Shown here in pieces: positions 48,825 to 58,330 of a stretch of 58,330 bases of DNA. Source of the stretch: Octopus bimaculoides (Eukaryota). The stretch covers positions 132,994,182 to 133,052,511 of the forward strand of contig NC_068981.1 in assembly GCF_001194135.2 (NCBI RefSeq), read 5' to 3'. A program made the translations under genes and the position numbers. The notes under the pieces were generated by a model. It had not been told where the DNA came from and did not search any database. It saw nothing but the letters and a program-made list of their open reading frames with translations. Every line of letters begins with the position of its first letter. Within the stretch, counting starts at the first letter, position 1.

Positions 48825-50340
48825 NNNNNNNNNNNNNNNNNNNNNNNNNNNNNNNNNNNNNNNNNNNNNNNNNNNNNNNNNNNNNNNNNNNNNNNNNNNN
48901 NNNNNNNNNNNNNNNNNNNNNNNNNNNNNNNNNNNNNNNNNNNNNNNNNNNNNNNNNNNNNNNNNNNNNNNNNNNNNNNNNNNNNNNNNNNNNNNNNNNN
49001 NNNNNNNNNNNNNNNNNNNNNNNNNNNNNNNNNNNNNNNNNNNNNNNNNNNNNNNNNNNNNNNNNNNNNNNNNNNNNNNNNNNNNNNNNNNNNNNNNNNN
49101 NNNNNNNNNNNNNNNNNNNNNNNNNNNNNNNNNNNNNNNNNNNNNNNNNNNNNNNNNNNNNNNNNNNNNNNNNNNNNNNNNNNNNNNNNNNNNNNNNNNN
49201 NNNNNNNNNNNNNNNNNNNNNNNNNNNNNNNNNNNNNNNNNNNNNNNNNNNNNNNNNNNNNNNNNNNNNNNNNNNNNNNNNNNNNNNNNNNNNNNNNNNN
49301 NNNNNNNNNNNNNNNNNNNNNNNNNNNNNNNNNNNNNNNNNNNNNNNNNNNNNNNNNNNNNNNNNNNNNNNNNNNNNNNNNNNNNNNNNNNNNNNNNNNN
49401 NNNNNNNNNNNNNNNNNNNNNNNNNNNNNNNNNNNNNNNNNNNNNNNNNNNNNNNNNNNNNNNNNNNNNNNNNNNNNNNNNNNNNNNNNNNNNNNNNNNN
49501 NNNNNNNNNNNNNNNNNNNNNNNNNNNNNNNNNNNNNNNNNNNNNNNNNNNNNNNNNNNNNNNNNNNNNNNNNNNNNNNNNNNNNNNNNNNNNNNNNNNN
49601 NNNNNNNNNNNNNNNNNNNNNNNNNNNNNNNNNNNNNNNNNNNNNNNNNNNNNNNNNTGGCCGCTCAAATAGTCAAGCACACACACATACCAATACATAT
49701 ATATATATATAGTGTAGTATTTTAGGATGGTAATGTGTTTTACTTTTGTCAAATAAACACACGCACAATATACTCCTTCTTCACTTCAGCTTTATTACTA
49801 TTCTTATCTCAGTGTCCTTTGTCTTGAATCTTTCATCAAACATCATGTGACCTCTTCAACGACTCTCTGTCTTACGTGTGTCCTGCTATCTTGTTTTTCA
49901 CATACATTACACATAAATGCAAAAATGTATTTATAATCGTCATCATCATTATCCTTATTTTCATGCTCATCATCGCGTCGTTCATAGACGAATCCAATCA
50001 ACCACTTGTGTCCCAAAATCCCCTCTCCTGCATTGTTCTGGGTGGATCTTCCTTCGGTAGATCAGATTCTTCAAGCAGTTGGTTGATAAATGTCCTGGTA
50101 GGACACCCCACTAGGTTGTTGTCTCTGCGTTGGTCCCCACATCACCATTTGATTCACAACTTGATCATTACTTTGAAAGCATTATCCAAAGAATCTCTGT
50201 TCCCTTTCCATTGTGGTGGAAATAACAGTTAGAAATTACTACAAAGAACCTGGTTTGTCGTATGGAACAGCCTTTGCTACAAAGTGTTGCTCTCAGACAT
50301 TTTGCGTATGCTTCTTGTTTTCTTTGCAATGTTTTATATA

Positions 50341-50562
50341 TACGATGTTGGTACTGAAAAGTTCCTGGTTTTAAGAGTTTCACGAAAGGCCAGGTTGAAG
50401 GCTCAACTTTTCGAGTTCTTTTACTGGACTTAGAAAAATGAAGAATCACTGCAATAAGTGTGTGGAACTGAGAGGGGAATATGTTAAATAAAATCATAAT
50501 TACCTTATCCTCCTGTATTTTCTTTTACCCAAAGCCAGGATCTTTCAGCACCTCCTTGTGTA
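50341..50562 (+). mobile_element. Mariner-derived MITE (~220 bp)
   Basis: Imperfect TIRs TACGATGTTGGTACTGAAAAGTTCCTGGTTT / AAAGCCAGGATCTTTCAGCACCTCCTTGTGTA with TA ends; retains the transposase C-terminus GLRKMKNHCNKCVELRGEYVK*. Confidence 0.85.
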
Positions 50563-50860
50563 TGTGCGTGTGTGTATTATATATATATATATATATATAT
50601 ATACGCGTCTGTGGAGTGCTCAATCTACATACATATGTATGTATATATGTATGTATATATATATATATATATATNNNNNNNNNNNNNNNNNNNNNNNNNN
50701 NNNNNNNNNNNNNNNNNNNNNNNNNNNNNNNNNNNNNNNNNNNNNNNNNNNNNNNNNNNNNNNNNNNNNNNNNNNNNNNNNNNNNNNNNNNNNNNNNNNN
50801 NNNNNNNNNNNNNNNNNNNNNNNNNNNNNNNNNNNNNNNNNNNNNNNNNNNNNNNNNNNN

Positions 50861-50894
<34 letters not shown>

Positions 50895-53285
50895 TGTATG
50901 TATATATAGTTATTAATTGAAATTGTTCGCAATACATTCCTGGGGCGGGCAAACCTGCAATCAATCACATTATACAATGTGTCCTTTTTTTAAATTTAAA
51001 GTTGTAGGTGTGGCTTGAGGAACAGTCGGCTATTACTCTTAGCAAAGTATTTGACATTGTAGGGACTCTCTCGCTGGCTGCTGTTTTATTAATATATTTG
51101 TTTAGTTCCTTGACAACCTCGTTTGAGAAGACGTATGACACAAGTAGTTCAAGTCGTAACCAACCAATGCATATTTATCCAGGATCACGTTACCGGATGT
51201 ATTCTTCACCTTTTAACTCATTAGGATACCAGGGAAATATAGCGGCAACTTCTAGCACATTCACTTGTTGGGTTGTTTTAGTATCTTCGTAAAGATGGAA
51301 AGAAGATCGGTGATCGAAAGATTTGAGCTAAGACCTAGACGGACAGTAGTAAATACCACCACGTGTTTAGTCAAACCTTCTACTGTTCCTTCTATCTCAC
51401 CACACTCGTGAGAGAAAGGGATAGTCAACTAAATCTGCCATAACATATGACTGGTGAGTATTGAAAGTGCAGTCATTTTAGCCGTTACCCGCAGTTATCA
51501 ATCTTATTTTGGCGCGAAACCCAGTGTACCATTTTCTCCAAAGGATAGAACACATTGCTACGTTTTACAGACAACCCTAACACACCTAATTTTGATATGA
51601 TATTAAGTCACACATAAATCGTTTTAGAGAGGGAATTTCTTTATACAAAATATGTAGTAAGATAGTATTTTGAAAGGTAAATAAAATTTGATTCAAATAA
51701 GTGTTTATAAATTTTGTTACCAAACATTTCCTGTTACCTGGAATTTTTTTCCCTTTCTTTACGGAACCGTCTTTGAAAAACCTTGATTTATGTATTTTAT
51801 TCATTGCTAGGTAGTTTCTGTTTACATGCTGCAATGATGATTCCTTACTTTGATACAGGGATACAAATATTGTAGAGGACGGACGATAGAGCTGTAACCA
51901 GATATTCTATGGCAAGGCATTTTGTCCCCTAATAAGCCTAATACGTTGTTTCTAAACCTTCCAGGCATAAAAGTTATTTGTTTTCAGTTATTATACGGAC
52001 GTCACGACGGGGAACTGCCTTGAAGGGGTTTAATCGAACAAATAGACCACAGTACTGATTTATAAGTCTGGTTCTTATTCTATCGATCTCTTATACACTG
52101 CATTTAAACCTTCCAATATTAGAGTTCAAAGCAAACTCCATTGAACAATTTCTGTCTCCTCAAAACAAAACGAAATAATGGTGACTACTACAATATCCTA
52201 GTAGACTTTAAACTACACCCAGTAAAGAAGCCCTGGTTAGCGAGTTCCATGAATTTGAGGAGTGTGGAACCACTATTGTTGCCGGGTCAATTCTAACCAA
52301 ATTTCTATCTCTGTATTAATTAGCATATCCCTGAATTGAGTCTGGAAGACGGTTACTCACAGACATTCAAAGAGACCCCAGGTCAAATGAGGCCCTTTAG
52401 CTCTTTGGCTGCTCATCAAAGAGGAGGTAAGTCTATACAAATCCCGCATCCTAATTACCACTGGGCCCTAGACAGGTATTGCACCAGACTAGTACAGGTC
52501 TGAAGAACAAGAAAACGGGACTGGCTCTGCATAAGCCACTATAATAATATTCCTCGTGCAGGTTGATCTGCAGATCAAGTTCTAAGACTACATTCGCTGA
52601 AGTGACGAGAGAATACAGCAACAACTATAAAGTAAATACCAATTCTCGTTGATTTAATTTGAGGTTGTAAATCGCGGTCGTAAGTGCCTTAGAGAATATA
52701 CTATATCTCATGGAACCGCGTTCGCAAATAGGAATGGTGGATGCTAGAGTAGATGTTTGCTTTTGTGTTCACAAATCGTTTTCGATTCTCAGCGCCGCTA
52801 ATGTTCTTTAGAAAAACATAAAGGACCAAATATTTCATCTCACCGTACAAATATAACAGAGGAATTGTACCTTTTAGGAATGAACGAATGGGATTAAAGA
52901 AAGAATCGCCATGGAGTAAATGTTGGCTACACTTGCGGACAGCCGAATTTGTAACACGGCTTCCATTCTAGACTCATTCTACTAAACCTGTAACTATAAC
53001 AATTGAGACCATGCGATAATGAATGCTTGAACAAAACACATATAAAGACATACACCTCATACACGCGCACACACACACACACACTCATTAAATATGTCTA
53101 AAAATACAAAGCTTTGTGTTCAAATGAAAAAAATATCAAACAAACCTAATATACTCATTATGTCGGACATGAATCTACCGGGCAAATATCCAGAATTAGA
53201 ATTAGATAATTGACAAATAAGCAACGTAATTTAAAATTTTAACTGTAATATTTCTATAATAATAATAATGATAATGATAATAATA

Positions 53286-53321
<36 letters not shown>

Positions 53322-54396
53322 ATGATGATGATGATGATGATGATGATGATAATAATAATAATAATAATAATAGCAACAACAACAACAGTAATAATAATAT
53401 TAAAAAAGGAAAAATGGTTTCCTCGAATATTTTGAATATTCTCTATTTAGAATATTTGGCAGTTATATTTCACTAGAGTTTGCGTTTGAGAAAAAGTAAT
53501 GAATATATAAAAAAAATGGACAATAAAATAAAATGAAGCATGTATGCATATACATGCCGCCTCCCTACACTTTTCAACAGTTATTTGACAGTTATATTTC
53601 GACAAAGTTACTAGTTGAGAAGAAGGAAAAAAAAGTAACCATTATATATGCGACGAACGAAAACAAAATATTTTGCTAAAAGTGATATGTGTGTGTATAT
53701 ATATATATATATATACATTCATACATACTTTCATACACATACATACATACATGCGCCACAAAATAAACAAAGCACTATATATGTATTTGTGCGTGTTTGT
53801 GTATATGTGTGCAATCACAAATGTATAGATTTGCAAGTGTGACTGGTTGTGCATGTGTTTATACATCCATACATACGTGCATACATATATTTACGTACAA
53901 ATAGGCATAAATACACCTATGTACATGGTATACATACACAATGCATATATATCTATATATATTCTTTGATAACAGTAAGTGAACTATATATCATGGTATC
54001 AAAATATTTTCTCCAATAAAATATTTTTGATTTCTCTTAATTTTAGTTTTGGCTTGAAAAATTTATCTAGGAAACGTTTGTCCATTTTTATACGTATGTG
54101 TAATGCTGTTTGTATCTTTGGGAATATATATGGCTGCGTTGATATGTAAACTTGGAGCAATATGCTTGTATGCTCCTATATAATGCATGGTTAATATTTC
54201 ATGGAAAATCTGTAAGTTTATACGTTCAGATGTTTTTTTATGATAATTTATATAAATGCTTTTATTTATTTTTTATTTCTTTCTAACGCTGTTTTTGTTT
54301 CTGCTTGCCTTTCTTTCTTTCTTTCTTTCTTTCTTCCTTTCTTATATACATATATATAAGCAATAAACTATCGTTATATATGCAAATATAATAAAC

Positions 54397-54459
<63 letters not shown>

Positions 54460-54494
54460 AGTGAAAATCTGGTAGATTCTTTACCGCTTCTTTG

Positions 54495-54685
54495 GACAAA
54501 TTTCTTAGCGGCATTTCTTGCGGCTTTTTATCTTCTGAGTTCAAGGTCGACTTTGCCAGTCGAGGTCGACTTTGCTAGTCATCCTTTCAGGGAAGATAAA
54601 ATAAATACAAATTGAGCCCTGGGGTCGTTGTAATCAACTTAACTCTCCCCTTAAAATTGTTTGCTTTGAACCAATTTAAAAAGAC
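54495..54685 (+). mobile_element. SINE family A, old, with an internal duplication of AGGTCGACTTTGC
   Basis: TTCTGAGTTCAAGGTCGACTTTGCCAGTCGAGGTCGACTTTGCTAGTCATCCTTTC..CTGGGGTCGTTGTAATC. Confidence 0.75.
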
Positions 54686-55009
54686 AAGTATTTTAGGGTC
54701 TTTTATTCTCTTCTGCCGAGCCTTTCAAAGAACAACCGTGTAAGGTCTTTTATTGCCTTCGTTTTAATTAAAGAAAAACAATACTTCAATGACTACCATG
54801 GAGGAGATGATCATAAGTATTATGCACCCTAAGTTACTGGAATAAACTTGAAAACCTAGAAACCAATACTGTATACAACTAGCTGAATAACCTTCCCAAC
54901 TTAGGTAATAGGTAAGATAACTGTATATTTAAAGAATAAATTATGTCCCTTGGAAAATTTGTATCAATGCAAGAAGACATGCTGCTTCCTCCTGAATTGT
55001 TTTTCAGAA

Positions 55010-55210
55010 TACGAGGGGGAGATGAAAACGTTCCTGGCTTTAAAGTTGTCGCAAAAGATCTGGTTGAAGGCCCAAACTTCCGGGTTCTTTTACAGGGCTT
55101 AGAAAAACTGTGTGAATCTGAAAGGGTATATGTTGAATAAAATCATAATTAACTGATCCTCCTGTATTTTCTTTTACGTGAAGTCAAGGACTTTTTAGCA
55201 CTCCTTCGTA
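55010..55210 (+). mobile_element. Mariner-derived MITE, same family as 50341-50562 (partial copy repeated at 55601-55736)
   Basis: TIRs TACGAGGGGGAGATGAAAACGTTCCTGGCTT / AAGTCAAGGACTTTTTAGCACTCCTTCGTA; shared internal block TAAAATCATAATTA.CT.ATCCTCCTGTATTTTCTTTTAC. Confidence 0.88.
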
Positions 55211-56116
55211 TGCTATGGTAGCTTTAAAAGTCGGCATTTAAAGTACAAATCTAGCTTAAACTAACATCCAAAAGAAATACACAACATTGCCAAACTATAT
55301 CTGGTATTTAAAATGTCACAATATTGACAACTTTAATATAATTTGCTCTTTAACGCATTTTGCCAACAAGTGCAACTTTTCTGAAAATTACTGTAGCTAC
55401 ACAGCAGCGGCGAATATATTTCATCTTTGCCAAAAACAACAGATAATTTAAACAGATCATAATGATTTTCTAAGTATCAACATAAGAACAAGCTCCAGCA
55501 TTCCGGCTTTAGTGGAGACATAGAACCAGATTAAACACAAACACTCAAACAACAAAATCCCCGCAGTCCATTACGTTTTTGATAAACTGGNNNNNNNNNN
55601 AACTTCCGGGTTCTTTTACAGGGCTTAGAAAAACTGTGTGAATCTGAAAGGGTATATGTTGAATAAAATCATAATTAACTGATCCTCCTGTATTTTCTTT
55701 TACGTGAAGTCAAGGACTTTTTAGCACTCCTTCGTATGCTATGGTAGCTTTAAAAGTCGGCATTTAAAGTACAAATCTAGCTTAAACTAACATCCAAAAG
55801 AAATACACAACATTGCCAAACTATATCTGGTATTTAAAATGTCACAATATTGACAACTTTAATATAATTTGCTCTTTAACGCATTTTGCCAACAAGTGCA
55901 ACTTTTCTGAAAATTACTGTAGCTACACAGCAGCGGCGAATATATTTCATCTTTGCCAAAAACAACAGATAATTTAAACAGATCATAATGATTTTCTAAG
56001 TATCAACATAAGAACAAGCTCCAGCATTCCGGCTTTAGTGGAGACATAGAACCAGATTAAACACAAACACTCAAACAACAAAATCCCCGCAGTCCATTAC
56101 GTTTTTGATAAACTGG
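55075..56116. repeat. 516-bp direct duplication across a 10-N gap (55075-55590 = 55601-56116), probably an assembly overlap
   Basis: Both copies begin AACTTCCGGG and end GATAAACTGG, appear identical, and abut the gap exactly. Confidence 0.9.
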
Positions 56117-56837
56117 AGGCCAATAAAATAACAAAACACACCGAAAGAAACTGTTTGGGCGAGATATCGTTTTAACCACTCAACCAACCAGTCAGCCAGC
56201 CAACCAACCAGAATGCCAAGTTTGCATTCCTGTATATGTGAATAATATAACACTGTCATCTGAAACTATAATCACTCATGAAATTTTTACGATCATAGTT
56301 ATTGAATTTCCTTTTCGTTCGTTCGTTCGTTCGTTCGTTCGTTCGTTCGTTCGTAGGATACTGTGTATGCAGTAGCAAAAATAGTAATACTTTTGAAATT
56401 GTTTACATGAAACTGCTATTTGTGTATTTGAATATTGAGCGTTTCCCTTTCGTTGATATTCATAAATAGCGTCACTATATACCATCTTCGTCGCTATATG
56501 CTGATAATTTCTAAGTCTTGTCAATTGAAGTAAATATATATCGCTGATGAGACATAACAAGATCGAAACATATACGTTAGCTTCACCAGTTGACTTTAAA
56601 AACTAGATTTACTCCCAATATTATTGGAAATATCTCACTTGATGACATCACCTAAAGTTATTGACGTAATGAGTATGTTGGATTTATTTGATTATTTCTT
56701 CATTTGAGCAGAAAGCTTTGAAGTTTTACAGAATTTTAATGTTTAATGAGTAAGTCACATTGTGGTATTCATTATCTAAAAGTGTTATTTGTAATAACAA
56801 CACACTTGCATACAAAGATGCACATACACATACATAC

Positions 56838-56926
<89 letters not shown>

Positions 56927-57087
56927 NNNNNNNNNNNNNNNNNNNNNNNNNNNNNNNNNNNNNNNNNNNNNNNNNNAGGTTTAGATTTAGCTTCAAGATT
57001 GAATATGGTACTTATGTTTAGGCACCAGAATATAGTATGGTATGGTATTATACAAAAACTATTCAAAAAAAAAACTAGGTGATCAAA

Positions 57088-57277
57088 AAATCAAAATAAG
57101 CAACACGGATTTCAAAGATGTATAATGCAATATGTAGAGCAATCTGTATTTTCCTGCAGCTGAAGATTGCTCTACATATTGCATTTAATGTAATGCTCGC
57201 ATTACTTAAATAAATGGAGTAGCATGAAACGTTCGTACTGCAATCATCTTTGAAATCCGTGTTGCTTATTTTGATTT
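57088..57277. repeat. 190-bp multibranch palindrome (MITE-like): perfect 33-bp terminal inverted repeats and a perfect internal 22-bp hairpin
   Basis: 57088-57120 is the exact reverse complement of 57245-57277; 57124-57145 is the exact reverse complement of 57164-57185. Confidence 0.9.
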
Positions 57278-57354
57278 ATATATATATATATTGCATACAC
57301 TCATATATTATATATATATATGTTTGTATGCACGAACATGTATGTATAAATTTG

Positions 57355-57393
<39 letters not shown>

Positions 57394-57470
57394 GTATATA
57401 TATATATGTGTGTGTGTGTATAAAATGAATAAACATAAACATTTATGTGTGCATTTGCATATACCTGTAA

Positions 57471-57503
<33 letters not shown>

Positions 57504-57632
57504 AGCACACACACAGCCACACACACACATATATATGTATGTACCTCCACGTATACACATATTTGTATGTATTTATGTATGTATGTATCTGTATCTATAT
57601 CTATGCCTACATACACACATATGCATGTGTAC

Positions 57633-57671
<39 letters not shown>

Positions 57672-57745
57672 TGTGTGTATGCATACATCCATGTAAAAGT
57701 AACATCTATAACGCATATATATAAGTGTATACATATGTACGCACA
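57278..57745. repeat. Long low-complexity (TA/CA/TG/ATAC) microsatellite mosaic; similar tracts at 18700-19110, 23725-23870, 35000-35220, 44110-44340, 48530-48825, 53690-53960
   Basis: Direct reading; these tracts explain the many YI/CV/HT pseudo-ORFs. Confidence 0.93.
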
Positions 57746-58261
57746 AATATACAAGCATATCATACAAGGATGCGTGTGTCGCATTTCATGCGTCCAATAA
57801 GCTATTTAACGATATATTTAACGATATATCGATGCCACACTCGGCCCGGTCAACCATTATAATTTCAATAATGCAAGTGGTGCATAAATATCATTTTACT
57901 TTCCGACAAGATTCCGATTCACCGAGATTAGCTACAGGATAATACTGAACGATAATACAAACAAAGACATTGAGGATGCAAATACCACTTTCTACTCTTT
58001 ACACGCGCGTTGGGTTAGTAAAGATGAAAGTTCATCGCAAGAAATCGTGTATAATTGTTATAAATCACATGATTTCTGTTTCTGGCATAGAAAAATGAAT
58101 ATATTTTTTAAAGTGTGGTAGAAATTCATTTGAAAATCATTGCTATTTTACTGTTGTTGTATCTTTGTATTATCTTGTATCATTTAGTATATACGGAATG
58201 CTGATTCCAACAAGAAGTAGTGTGGTAATTGTAATGGGGTAACTACTTCCAGCTTTGGGTA

Positions 58262-58330
<69 letters not shown>

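Overview
AT-rich, repeat-saturated animal genomic DNA from a gapped draft scaffold with 13 N-runs, most flanked by microsatellites. The tRNA-derived SINE families and the very high AT/AC/ATAC/AAT/TAC microsatellite load look like an octopus (coleoid cephalopod) genome; this is inference from pattern recognition, not a database search. I can support no intact protein-coding gene: the long ORFs in the track are microsatellite or N-gap artefacts, or transposon fossils. The window is probably intronic or intergenic. Contents: dozens of SINE copies from at least 4 modular families; a mariner transposase fossil and mariner-derived MITEs; a near full-length CR1/L2-type LINE ORF2 fossil (about 40.8-45.3 kb, minus strand) broken by three SINEs and a microsatellite; two R4/Dong-like RLE retrotransposon fragments; and an ORF-less element found only inside (TAA)n tracts. 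Best leads: (1) a 503-bp Penelope-like foldback (31578-32080) whose two 191-bp inverted arms each carry a type I hammerhead-ribozyme motif, one per strand; (2) a 190-bp multibranch perfect palindrome (57088-57277); (3) the (TAA)n-embedded element, with a related 3' end nearby; (4) a candidate 21-nt microexon (8339-8359). Boundaries of degenerate repeats are approximate (about 10-30 bp), and all family names come from manual translation and alignment.
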